Positions 9,112-18,022 of a DNA stretch of 64,000 nt are shown here, one piece after another; the first letter of the stretch is position 1, and every line of letters begins with the position of its first letter. The position numbers were made by a program, and so were the translations under genes. Below the pieces are notes generated by a model, which was not told the DNA's origin, ran no database searches, and worked only from the letters and a program-made list of their open reading frames with translations. The DNA is from Candidatus Woesearchaeota archaeon (GTDB taxonomy: Archaea; Nanobdellota; Nanobdellia; Woesearchaeales; 21-14-0-10-32-9), in NCBI GenBank assembly GCA_047602735.1, contig JBLKOK010000002.1, forward strand, positions 112,483-176,482. Direction: 5' to 3'.

Positions 9112-11667
9112 TTATGTTAAAGTCGGTATTCTTGTTTCTAAATTATCTGCATTAGCAGCCAGTACTTCGTATCTGTTTATTACGCTTTGTGCTGCTTCTT
9201 CTCTTGTTATTATACCATCATTGTTTCTATCAAGCCCTCTATTTTGTTGATATGCAATAAGAGGATTTTCTCTATCACAAGCACCTGTTCCGCTGCCGTC
9301 ATTTGTAAACATTATACCTTCTGAATGAACTATAGATTGAGGACAAAGAACAGCAGCGTATGCTTTATCTAGTGTATCTAATTCGCCATAAGTTATTATT
9401 CTTCTCCTAAAATATTCTTCTACGTAATCTAATTGTTCTAATCTGGTCATTTGGGCTAGTTCTTCTACTGTAGTTCCAAGCCATTGCGCAGTGCCGTTCA
9501 TAAATTGAATTAAACCTGTTGCTCCACTAACAGGATTTCTTGTGTCTGGTCTAAATTGTCCTCCTGTTTCAAAGTCCATTATTGCAAGCAGGTGCATTGG
9601 ATCCATGTTTAGTCTCATTGCTATTTCCTCTGTTTTTATGATAAAGCTTTGAGCAGATCCGCTTGTCGGGTCAAATTCTTCTTCTATATCATCAGTTTCT
9701 TCTTCTTGCTCTTGTTCAAGTTCAGGGATAGTAGGAGGTATAATTTCTGAGATTTCTTCTTGTCCAGGTATTTGTATTCCTAAGATATCTTCAAATATTG
9801 ATATAGATGTTCCGTCATAGTATAGTTCTATTGCAAAATTTAAATCAGTTTGCTTATCACAAACAAAGTGATTTATTTGAGGTGCAGTACATGTGTCTAT
9901 CGGGGAGTCTTCGTTGTCTAAATCAAGTAACCAACTAGGATTTAGTAATGAGTCTTTTATTTGAGATGTTGATTTTCCTGTTGCAAACGATACAATATCG
10001 AAATTATCAGATAATAATATGTTTGTTACTAACATGGACGGATTTAAAAATCCAGTTGCTACATCTACAAACGGGATGTTACTAAACAAGTCCACTCCTA
10101 ATACATCATCTACAAATCCTATTATTCCTTGCGAACCAAATATTTCTTGTTCTAGTTCATCTACGAATTCATTTGCTATTTCTTCTAGTTCTTCTTTTGT
10201 TATTATTTTTATTTTTTTCTCAGAGGTTTCTTCTTCAATTAGTAAGTTGAATTCTTCTTCAAATACGAATTCAAATTCTTTTTCTCCATCTAGTTCTAGT
10301 AAGAAATTAACTCTGTATCTGTTATTGTTTATATAAAATTGGTCGTTTATTTGTGATATGTTTGTTTCTTGGTCTACGTTTATGTTACAATAACAATCTT
10401 TTCTTGTTGCTATGCAATCTCTTATGTTTGCTAGTAATTGTAATTCTTGAGTTTCTAGTAAGTAATATATCTTTGATGAGTCTAAGTCTTTTAGTTTTTG
10501 ATATAATAATTGTTCTCCCCTGTTCTTATGTGTTCTTATGTCGTTTAGTTGATCTATTATTTCTTTTTGTTCTTGTATTGGTTCTCTATTTTTGAATCTT
10601 CCTTCACTTACTACGTGTGTATTTGTTTGCATCCAGTTTAGTTGATCTGCACTCCAAAGCCACTCTGATTCAAACTTATAATATATCGGTGTGCTGCCAG
10701 AGTATTCAATTTCAAATATTTCTCTTGGTTGTTTATGTAAACATAATTCATAATCATTTTGTGATAATACTGATTCTAAACTAGTAGTTATAGGGCTATT
10801 TGTTTGTTGTACTAATATTCTTGCTCTCTCAAATGTTTGAAGAGGCGAATCAAAAGTTATTGATTTTTGATATTTCGCTGAGTGGTCTCCTATGCTTGGA
10901 GTTACTCCCTGCGTTAATTGTTCAGCTATTGAAAGGTCTTCATCTAATAAAAATACTAACGGGGTTTGTCCACTTATTCCAGCCGCCATCGCTTCGTCTC
11001 TTGCAGCTCTTCCAACTCCGGCGTATATATCTATTTTTGGTTGACCTCTAAACGCAGAGCCTGTATCCTCTGCTTTGTATATTCCGTTCCAAGGATGATT
11101 TTGAGAGAAATATAAGTAAACATAGGTTTCATAAGGTATGTGACCTGGAGTGTTTGGTATTGGATTTACTGCTATCGTCCATTTTGGTCTAGGATCTGTT
11201 TGTCTACTTGTTATACCACTTGTAAATTTTGTATCAAGTGCTACGCTATCTGCTTGTGTTGGTCTTAGTTGACTGTGGTAAAAAACCGAGTTTTCACAAA
11301 CTCCACTTCCTTGACATTTTATTTCTTCATATACTCCTCTATGTTCTTCAGGTATGCAGCACCATCCTGCTCTTCTGTCTTCAACGCAGCTTCTGACATT
11401 GTAATTATCTCCGTAGTAGTCTACTATTTGTCTTGTAGTTTCAAAGCAGCTTCCTTTTTCTGGACTACACCAACTAGTTTTGTCTTCGCAGGAAGGAGTA
11501 TAGTAAACTGTTGTTTCAACATTTGTATACGTTGGAGATAAGGAATTTATGTTTCTCTCTATTCTTTGTTCTGCTATTCTTATTTGAACTTCATCATCAC
11601 TATATACTACAGGAGATATTATTATAACTGAGAGGATTATTGTTAGTAAAATTATTTTTTTTATCAT
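9112..11667 (-). CDS. Secreted multidomain murein hydrolase: 3D/DPBB (MltA-like) domain + long linker + lysozyme-like lytic transglycosylase domain + EF-hand loop
   Basis: Signal peptide MIKKIILLTIILSVIIISPVVYS; the ATG at 11667 forms an ATGA overlap with the amidase stop. 3D-domain motif, nt about 11017-11517: TVYYTP..IAVNP..GIYKAEDTGSAFRGQPKIDIYAG. Lysozyme-like domain, nt about 9115-9645: MDFETGGQF..SGATGLIQFMNGTAQWLG..QLDYVEEYF. Canonical EF-hand loop DRNNDGIITREE at 9196-9231. Confidence 0.75.
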   Translation of the reverse strand: MIKKIILLTIILSVIIISPVVYSDDEVQIRIAEQRIERNINSLSPTYTNVETTVYYTPSCEDKTSWCSPEKGSCFETTRQIVDYYGDNYNVRSCVEDRRAGWCCIPEEHRGVYEEIKCQGSGVCENSVFYHSQLRPTQADSVALDTKFTSGITSRQTDPRPKWTIAVNPIPNTPGHIPYETYVYLYFSQNHPWNGIYKAEDTGSAFRGQPKIDIYAGVGRAARDEAMAAGISGQTPLVFLLDEDLSIAEQLTQGVTPSIGDHSAKYQKSITFDSPLQTFERARILVQQTNSPITTSLESVLSQNDYELCLHKQPREIFEIEYSGSTPIYYKFESEWLWSADQLNWMQTNTHVVSEGRFKNREPIQEQKEIIDQLNDIRTHKNRGEQLLYQKLKDLDSSKIYYLLETQELQLLANIRDCIATRKDCYCNINVDQETNISQINDQFYINNNRYRVNFLLELDGEKEFEFVFEEEFNLLIEEETSEKKIKIITKEELEEIANEFVDELEQEIFGSQGIIGFVDDVLGVDLFSNIPFVDVATGFLNPSMLVTNILLSDNFDIVSFATGKSTSQIKDSLLNPSWLLDLDNEDSPIDTCTAPQINHFVCDKQTDLNFAIELYYDGTSISIFEDILGIQIPGQEEISEIIPPTIPELEQEQEEETDDIEEEFDPTSGSAQSFIIKTEEIAMRLNMDPMHLLAIMDFETGGQFRPDTRNPVSGATGLIQFMNGTAQWLGTTVEELAQMTRLEQLDYVEEYFRRRIITYGELDTLDKAYAAVLCPQSIVHSEGIMFTNDGSGTGACDRENPLIAYQQNRGLDRNNDGIITREEAAQSVINRYEVLAANADNLETRIPTLT

Positions 11668-12779
11668 GCTAACGGAATCCTCCTTTGTAGTCCACTCATA
11701 ACTTCGTCCCAAGGAAACGCAGGTCCCGGATCTGGTTTATCAGTTGTTCTTTCATCATGTCCAACTATGTGTTCTCTACTTAAAGGTATAGATGGGTGTC
11801 TTGACATTATTTCTGATATTAGTTGAATTGTTGCATCAATTTGTTCTTGTGTATAAGGCTCCCAACACAATTTTCTAGATTCTCTAACATGTGATAATTT
11901 TTCAGCTTCAGGACAAGTTTGTTCTGTTCCCCACCCCATATTAACTAAAGATATTCCAATAGAATTAGGATTCATATTAGTACATATTATAGGAGGATTT
12001 TTTCCTACACATCCTGCATGCAGAGCCATTCTATGTTCTTCTACGAATTGAAAAATAGTTCCATCTTTATCAACTATGTAATGATAAGAAAAACCTTGAT
12101 CATATAGATAATTAAACGGACTTTCAACATTTCTGGATCCTGTATAATGTATAACTATTGAATCCACGACGTTAGTTCCTCTGTTTCTATGTGCAAGTCC
12201 TGGTCTAAATATATAATTATTTTGAGTTTCTCTATAAAATTCTGTTCTTGGTATAGGTGTGTGAACAACCCCATAATAATCCACCGTATCTGTTTTTATA
12301 GGCGCAGTTATTTCTTGATCTAATTCTATTTCTATATTAAATTCTTCGTCTACTTCTACTATTACGTCTTTTTGTGCTAAGTTAACAGGATCATATCTTT
12401 GAAGCTCAGTTGATACCCCTATAGTTACAATCTCAGAATAAGTTTCTCTGTAATCTGGAAAACAATCTTCTTTTATTATTGGAACTGCTAAATTCTCGCA
12501 TTCTTCTCCAAAGATTTGTCCTTCAAATTCAGCAATGTTAAATCCTCTTCTTTCAACTAGTTCTTGTTCTGCGACCGGTAAGGTTTGTTCTACAGTCATA
12601 TCCGTAAATACTTTTGCTGCTTGTACTTGTTCTTGTGTTGCTATTGCTTTTACTGTTGATTGTCCAACTAATTCTACATCAGGTAAGTTCATATTAATTA
12701 TTACTATTACAGCTCCAATCGAGATTAAGAGTGCTAGTGCAAAAAATCCAAATTCTATTTTTTGTGCTTTTTTATTCAT
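11664..12779 (-). CDS. N-acetylmuramoyl-L-alanine amidase (Amidase_2/PGRP fold) with a class III (prepilin-like) N-terminus
   Basis: N-terminus MNKKAQKIEFGFFALALLISIGAVIVII. The C-terminal domain (nt about 11700-12182) has VDSIVIHYTGS, ALHAG, NSIGISLVN and HIVGHDE..KPDPGPAFPW, the zinc-amidase signature of the T7-lysozyme/AmiD family. Confidence 0.8.
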   Translation of the reverse strand: MNKKAQKIEFGFFALALLISIGAVIVIINMNLPDVELVGQSTVKAIATQEQVQAAKVFTDMTVEQTLPVAEQELVERRGFNIAEFEGQIFGEECENLAVPIIKEDCFPDYRETYSEIVTIGVSTELQRYDPVNLAQKDVIVEVDEEFNIEIELDQEITAPIKTDTVDYYGVVHTPIPRTEFYRETQNNYIFRPGLAHRNRGTNVVDSIVIHYTGSRNVESPFNYLYDQGFSYHYIVDKDGTIFQFVEEHRMALHAGCVGKNPPIICTNMNPNSIGISLVNMGWGTEQTCPEAEKLSHVRESRKLCWEPYTQEQIDATIQLISEIMSRHPSIPLSREHIVGHDERTTDKPDPGPAFPWDEVMSGLQRRIPLA

Positions 12780-13243
12780 CTTCTTAGTGGTTTTAAATCA
12801 AAGTCCTCTTCTTTTAGTATTTTTATTTTTACTCTAAGATCTGTTCCTCTTGGGTTTGGAACTAGTAAGTCTGGAAGTATTACATCTAAATTTCTAAGAG
12901 CTCTCGAATCTACATTCGTATGTCCGTTAATATATATGTACCAGGTTGTTCCAGGATTATTTTCTGTTAGTACCTTGTTTGCGTTTTCTATTGCTCTTTG
13001 TACTCCGTGAGTGTTGTAATCATCTAGCATTTGTTGATATATTTGTTTGTCTTCGTATTGTTGTGTTAGTACTGTTCTCGTTTGATATTTTGTTTCAAGT
13101 AGCGCTCTGTGAGTGTTAAATTCTTGTTCTTTTTTATCTCCGTGACTAGAAACTATGAAGCTTAATATAAATCCAAGTATTATGATAAGTCCAATAAATA
13201 TAAATCCTGCCATAAAATCTATGGCTATTGCTCTTTTGTTCAT
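12776..13243 (-). CDS. Type IV pilin-like protein (class III signal peptide), function unknown
   Basis: 155 aa, N-terminus MNKRAIAIDFMAGFIFIGLIIILGFIL. ATGA overlaps on both sides. Confidence 0.6.
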   Translation of the reverse strand: MNKRAIAIDFMAGFIFIGLIIILGFILSFIVSSHGDKKEQEFNTHRALLETKYQTRTVLTQQYEDKQIYQQMLDDYNTHGVQRAIENANKVLTENNPGTTWYIYINGHTNVDSRALRNLDVILPDLLVPNPRGTDLRVKIKILKEEDFDLKPLRR

Positions 13244-13704
13244 CTTAAATGGGTTATCCTCATCACTGTTGGTCTTTGTTCATGTACATTTACTGGTACA
13301 AGATTTACTTCTATTACTTGTCTTTGTCTTAGTTGATTTACGTTATCTGTTCTAAATATCTTTGTTTCATTTTCTAAGTCTATTAGTATTTCAACTCCTC
13401 TTTCTTGTGCTGTTAGTAAAGGAAGGCATGCTCTAAATCTTTCTTCTGCTAATTTATTTGGATCTATTGTTCCAGCTATAACTCTTCCCGCGTCGTTTTG
13501 GTATGCAAAACAATTTTCTGAGTTTAAAAGCCTGTTTTGATATATCTGAGTTTCTAAGTCTGGAAATATTCCTGCAGCAGAATCTTCTATTGCGTTGCTT
13601 ATGTTTGCTAAGAAAAAGAAATATATCATTAAGAAGGGTACTATTATAATTATAAAAAATGCTATGTGATCTAAGAGTCCTATGCTAAATCCTTTTTTGT
13701 TCAT
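13240..13704 (-). CDS. Type IV pilin-like protein (class III signal peptide), function unknown
   Basis: 154 aa, N-terminus MNKKGFSIGLLDHIAFFIIIIVPFLMIYFFF. 4-nt overlaps on both sides. Confidence 0.6.
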   Translation of the reverse strand: MNKKGFSIGLLDHIAFFIIIIVPFLMIYFFFLANISNAIEDSAAGIFPDLETQIYQNRLLNSENCFAYQNDAGRVIAGTIDPNKLAEERFRACLPLLTAQERGVEILIDLENETKIFRTDNVNQLRQRQVIEVNLVPVNVHEQRPTVMRITHLR

Positions 13705-14450
13705 GGTAACATTCCTCTAATCGCATTTATTATTGGTTCTGGGTCATCTTCTTTTACCATAACTCTTAGATTTCTTTGATCTGTTGGTATTAGTTCAAAT
13801 TCTTCTCCTTGTTCTATTATATTACATGCTAGTCTTCTGTGTCTTAGTGATGAGTCTGAATTAAAGTATTCTACTGAATTAACATCTCCTTTTACTACTT
13901 GTATCTCTATTAGTCTATCTTCTGAATCAGTTATTGATATATGCCTTGTAGATTCAGCTAATTCTTGTACTGCGCTTGCTATTTCTGGCAGATCTATTGA
14001 AGATATTCTTGGTCTTAAAAAAACTGTGTTTTCTGTGTATCTTAAATCGCATCCTTCGGTTATTTCTTCAAAGAATAAAAGATTTCCTTGTTTTCTTATA
14101 GGTATGCTTTTTCTATTTACAACATTTGCTTCTAGGGTTTCTACTCCCCCCATTCTAAGGTATCTGTATGTGGATGAGCCTGTGTTTCCATAAACTGTTA
14201 CTATTGATTCTCTTATTGTTATTCTTAGCTCATCTGATCTTGGTACATATACTATGTCTACGTCTCCTGGCATTCCTACCACGGTTGCAAGTGCTAGTCC
14301 TAGGTCTCTTGCTACTACTCTTTCAAGTGTGTTTTCTTCTAGTTGAGATACGACGTTCCAGGTTCCTAGCGCTATTACTAGTCCTATGATTAATCCAGAA
14401 CCTACTAATAATAATTGAAAACTACTATCTTCACCCATTTTTTTTAGCAA
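13701..14450 (-). CDS. Probable pilin-like / N-terminally anchored secreted protein
   Basis: 249 aa. N-terminus M(L)KKMGEDSSFQLLLVGSGLIIGLVIALG from the TTG at 14450. An alternative ATG at 14438 would remove the basic leader. Confidence 0.5.
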   Translation of the reverse strand: MLKKMGEDSSFQLLLVGSGLIIGLVIALGTWNVVSQLEENTLERVVARDLGLALATVVGMPGDVDIVYVPRSDELRITIRESIVTVYGNTGSSTYRYLRMGGVETLEANVVNRKSIPIRKQGNLLFFEEITEGCDLRYTENTVFLRPRISSIDLPEIASAVQELAESTRHISITDSEDRLIEIQVVKGDVNSVEYFNSDSSLRHRRLACNIIEQGEEFELIPTDQRNLRVMVKEDDPEPIINAIRGMLP

Positions 14451-15196
14451 CTACCTTTAAAACATAGCTGTATTACGTTTGGGTCTTGTACCTTTTTAAC
14501 TTTTACGCTTACAGGTCCGTCTATGATTAAGCTTTGATAACCAGATATTATAGGAATTATGCTTGCTCCAAGTTCCATTGTGTTTTGAACAAAAGATACA
14601 TGCACAGTATCTGATGATTGTCTATTGCTTCTTAAAAGTATTGCGCTGTTAATCCAATAATGATCTTCCCTGTTACTAAAAAGGTTATTATTAGGATCTG
14701 GATCCTCAAATATTTCCGACATAGATACTCTTAAAGGAACTGAATACTCTACATCTTGACAAATAAGATTTGAACATCTTATTTCACCTATATTATTTGG
14801 AGGAAATGCTCCCGATGGGTCAAATCCCGTACAAAGACACGTACAAGTAGTTAGTTGTCCACATTCACTAGGTCTTTGCATTATGTTTCCTCTAAGCCAC
14901 GTATTTCCAGATTCATAACCTCCAGATATACTATATGAAGGATTTTCATATTTAAAATCAGCCATAGCATTAAAAGTTATTAGCGCTGTGTTTTGCGGTA
15001 TTTCAAATACTTGTTCTTGTTCTTCTCCTACTTCAAGTTTTGCTACTTCTTCTAAGAACGTGTTATATTCTTGCAATAAAACATTATCTGAATTATCTAA
15101 TAGGTTAGATACGAAGTTAAAAGTCAATATTACACAAGCTATAAAGATTATTAATCCCATACCTTGTGTTAATAGTGTACTTGATCCTTTCTTCAT
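14444..15196 (-). CDS. Type IV pilin-like protein with a Cys-rich globular domain
   Basis: 250 aa, N-terminus MKKGSSTLLTQGMGLIIFIACVILTF. Cys cluster ECGQLTTCTCLCTG..IRCSNLICQD. Confidence 0.6.
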   Translation of the reverse strand: MKKGSSTLLTQGMGLIIFIACVILTFNFVSNLLDNSDNVLLQEYNTFLEEVAKLEVGEEQEQVFEIPQNTALITFNAMADFKYENPSYSISGGYESGNTWLRGNIMQRPSECGQLTTCTCLCTGFDPSGAFPPNNIGEIRCSNLICQDVEYSVPLRVSMSEIFEDPDPNNNLFSNREDHYWINSAILLRSNRQSSDTVHVSFVQNTMELGASIIPIISGYQSLIIDGPVSVKVKKVQDPNVIQLCFKGSC

Positions 15197-15200
15197 TTTT

Positions 15201-15560
15201 TTATGTTCTTGATGCTAGGAATTGTATACATTGAGTTCTTGTATAATAGCATGCGTCTTGATCTCTATCATACTTAAATCCAAATTGGTTTTCACATGGA
15301 GCTGCTTCGAGATTTGCTCTACAATAAACAGTTCCATCTATTTGTACTCGTGTATTATCATCACTACATGGACAAGGATTGTCTCCTTCTACTCCAGCCC
15401 CTATGTTTTGGAGCCATTTATCTGCGATGACGCCTATGTCTTCTATTCCTTGGTCTGATCTTTGGTATAATTGCCAAGCTATAAGTAGTAAAAGTAATGT
15501 GATAACTATAGCTATAACTGTTCCCCACGTACTTGTTTGTCCTTTTTTGTTTTTCATCAT
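15201..15560 (-). CDS. Small type IV pilin-like protein with a 6-Cys domain
   Basis: Start reassigned to the ATG at 15560, giving MMKNKKGQTSTWGTVIAIVITLLLLLIAW. The track start at 15614 overlaps the upstream gene. The C-terminal part has six Cys (PCPC..YC..PC..AC..QC). Confidence 0.6.
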   Translation of the reverse strand: MMKNKKGQTSTWGTVIAIVITLLLLLIAWQLYQRSDQGIEDIGVIADKWLQNIGAGVEGDNPCPCSDDNTRVQIDGTVYCRANLEAAPCENQFGFKYDRDQDACYYTRTQCIQFLASRT

Positions 15561-15576
15561 TTTAATTTTTTTTACC

Positions 15577-16392
15577 TCAACTAATACATTTAAAATCATC
15601 ATATAATCTTTCAAGTCTTAATGGAGGAGATCTTGCTCCATCAACACAGTTTGCTGTAAGCATACCATCGCTTGTTTGACATATTGATCTTCCTAATCCA
15701 AACAAACCTGTTCTTGGAGCTACAGGTATTACACATAATGTGTCATCTACTTTTAAGAAATATAAATGATTGTTTTCTTCTATGTTTCTAATTCTTATTG
15801 GATCTTGTTGAGTTGATGAAGTCATAACGAAATGAATATTGTTATCTGACGATCTTAGTCTCCTCCTATTATCATTTACTGAGAATTCTATTGTTGAAAC
15901 TGTTTGAGGAGAAGTCACGCTTTGGAAACTGTTAACCTGTGTGTTTCCTTGTATTATATCTCTTAGTTGTTCTACTTGTTCTATTTCGTGAAGATTACAA
16001 AGTCTTACTCCTCTACCAATTTCAGATAAAGTTAGTGCTGCTGAGCCTGACTTTGGAAGTACTTCTATCCTGGTTGTTTGACCTTGTGATGTAAATCTTA
16101 TGTTGTTTGATTCAAACATCTGTTTTGTAAACATATCTATTCTATGAAGACAATTTTGATTAGATTGCATTATTTCTCCAAGTTCTGAAGCTATTTTTGA
16201 AGATTGTTGAGCTAATGTTATTGTTTGAGTTATTGTTGAGTCTGACCTACTGTCTCTGTCTTCTAAGTTAAATATCCTATCTATTTGATGTGTTGTAAAA
16301 TCAAATAATGATCCTGTGTAAAAGTGTATGAATAATAGTAGTGCTAGTAATAATAATATTATTTTTGTAAGCATACTCATTGATTGAGTCAT
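15577..16392 (-). CDS. N-terminally anchored extracytoplasmic protein, function unknown
   Basis: The ATG at 16392 (MTQSMSMLTKIILLLLALLLFIHFY) forms an ATGA overlap with the upstream micro-ORF. Hydrophobic anchor, but no clear [KR][GA] prepilin site. Confidence 0.55.
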   Translation of the reverse strand: MTQSMSMLTKIILLLLALLLFIHFYTGSLFDFTTHQIDRIFNLEDRDSRSDSTITQTITLAQQSSKIASELGEIMQSNQNCLHRIDMFTKQMFESNNIRFTSQGQTTRIEVLPKSGSAALTLSEIGRGVRLCNLHEIEQVEQLRDIIQGNTQVNSFQSVTSPQTVSTIEFSVNDNRRRLRSSDNNIHFVMTSSTQQDPIRIRNIEENNHLYFLKVDDTLCVIPVAPRTGLFGLGRSICQTSDGMLTANCVDGARSPPLRLERLYDDFKCIS

Positions 16393-16529
16393 AATAACAA
16401 CCCCCAAGTAGATAATATGTTACCATGTATTTGTCTTATCACTATTGCTATAACTATTAAGAATATTACTAATAGAAGTATCTTTAGAAGTCGTGATGTT
16501 AACATTGCGTTTTTTATTTTTTTTATCAT
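16389..16529 (-). CDS. 46-aa single-pass membrane micro-protein (below the ORF-track cut-off)
   Basis: Own translation: MIKKIKNAMLTSRLLKILLLVIFLIVIAIVIRQIHGNILSTWGLLL. Its stop TGA overlaps the next ATG (ATGA). Same strand as the cluster. Confidence 0.45.
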   Translation of the reverse strand: MIKKIKNAMLTSRLLKILLLVIFLIVIAIVIRQIHGNILSTWGLLL

Positions 16530-16566
16530 CTTTTTTAATTATACTAATTGTATTTCTTAATTGTGT

Positions 16567-18021
16567 TTAGTTATATATTGTACATTCTCCTGATAAAGCA
16601 TTTATGGGCATAACCATTAAACTATTATTATAATTATACATATCATACAAATATTCATTCGCAGTTTTTTGAACAAAAAAACCTGCAGCCGCTCCCCCAA
16701 CTGCTCCAATAACAAATCCTCCTAAAGAACAAATAGGAGTAGCAACTGAAGTTACAACTGCTGAAAGACATCCAAGTGTTACTGCCCCTGAAGTAGCTGT
16801 AGCCCATTGGAGACTAGTTTGAAATACATTAGACCATCTGTTTATATTCTCTCCTTTAGTAGAAAATATTGCTATTGCATAAGTATAATTTGAATATATA
16901 TCATCAATTGTTGGAGGAGGAGCTTGAATTCTGTTTGTTAAATAATTAAAATAAGAGTTCCTTGATATTCCAAGTTCTGCTAATAAGTCTGAGTCTTCTC
17001 CTACAAATCTATTTTCTAAATCTTCTATAAAATCTGATACTGCTTCGTTAAATTCTTCTATGCTTCTCATATTTGAAAAATGCATTTGTAATAAGTTTGG
17101 TATTTGTTCTTCTAATATGAATCTTTCAAGTTCTAATCCTGCATGAAGTCTTACAACCCCGTTTTTCATATCAAACATTATTAGTAAAGAATTAAACCTG
17201 TCCTCTTCGTTTAAGTTTAGTTGTTCTGTTAATCTTCTTGCAGCAGTTCTGTCAATATTATTAAATTCTTGTGCTGTTACTAAAAAGAAATCTGCTCCTG
17301 TTGCAGTATTTAGATTTATTGCAAAGTCATTTATTTTTATTCTTGTTTCTTGTGATAAAAATCCTGCGTAGTCTTGTATAAATGGAGATCCAGCGTCTCT
17401 TGTAACTTGACTATATCTTAGTCTTGCATCATCTGAAAATATAAATTCGTAATGATTCCATTGATAGCTCCCACCTATATATCTTTGTGTTCCTCCACCA
17501 TATAATACCCCTCGATTATAGTCTGTTTCTATTATAAATCCTAATATTTCAGAAGCAGAAATAATATGAGGTTGTCTACTATAAGTGTTATCAGCAGCAA
17601 ATTGATCTCCCTCTATTTGATAAAAATCTCCTCCTGTATCCATGTTATTTGGTATTCTAAATGTATAACAAATTTTACACATATTACTATCTTCGTCATG
17701 ATCGGAAAATATATTGTCTACTCTTCCTTCAGCATACATATACCAACACTTTGACATTAGGTCTGCTACTTGATATTTTACTTGTTCTCTGTTTCCTCTA
17801 AGAGTTCCTTCATTAAATGTATTACAAACAAGAGGAGTAATTCTTTCTACTTTACCAAATAAACCAAGATCTACTACTGCTTGAGTTCTAAGTAACACAC
17901 TAGCTCTACAGGTATCTTCTGTTGCTTTTCCTAAAAGTCCTTGATACATCATAGTTATAGTAACTAGCAGTATTACTGAAACGATTACGGCTATGATTAA
18001 TTTTCCTAGTGTACTTTCCAT
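16567..18021 (-). CDS. Membrane protein with a central TPM-like domain and a Gly-rich C-terminal TM region
   Basis: 484 aa with an N-terminal TM (KLIIAVIVSVILLVTITMMY). The segment DYAGFLSQETRIKINDFAINLNTATGADFFLVTAQ..NSLLIMFDMKNGVVRLHAGLELE resembles the TPM (YgcG/TLP18.3) domain. C-terminal hydrophobic Gly-rich helices (GGFVIGAVGGAAAGFFV). Confidence 0.5.
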   Translation of the reverse strand: MESTLGKLIIAVIVSVILLVTITMMYQGLLGKATEDTCRASVLLRTQAVVDLGLFGKVERITPLVCNTFNEGTLRGNREQVKYQVADLMSKCWYMYAEGRVDNIFSDHDEDSNMCKICYTFRIPNNMDTGGDFYQIEGDQFAADNTYSRQPHIISASEILGFIIETDYNRGVLYGGGTQRYIGGSYQWNHYEFIFSDDARLRYSQVTRDAGSPFIQDYAGFLSQETRIKINDFAINLNTATGADFFLVTAQEFNNIDRTAARRLTEQLNLNEEDRFNSLLIMFDMKNGVVRLHAGLELERFILEEQIPNLLQMHFSNMRSIEEFNEAVSDFIEDLENRFVGEDSDLLAELGISRNSYFNYLTNRIQAPPPTIDDIYSNYTYAIAIFSTKGENINRWSNVFQTSLQWATATSGAVTLGCLSAVVTSVATPICSLGGFVIGAVGGAAAGFFVQKTANEYLYDMYNYNNSLMVMPINALSGECTIYN

Positions 18022-18022
18022 T

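Noticed and set aside
10019-15606. Plus-strand ORFs inside the lytic and pilin genes (for example 10019-10336, 10353-10595, 10800-11051, 11269-11541, 12535-12837, 12762-13010, 13155-13355, 14168-14389, 14988-15212, 15222-15458, 15379-15606)
   Set aside because: They are antisense to long, tightly chained minus-strand ORFs with coherent signal peptides and domains, and their own products have no features.
15561-15614. N-terminal extensions in the track generated by non-ATG starts (15201-15614, 15577-16407, 9112-11712, 31762-35277, 44624-44875, 45713-46117, 55116-55751, 1711-2268, 4272-4604)
   Set aside because: The extensions overlap upstream genes or precede an in-frame ATG that yields a canonical signal peptide or conserved N-terminus, often with ATGA coupling. 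I used the shorter models.
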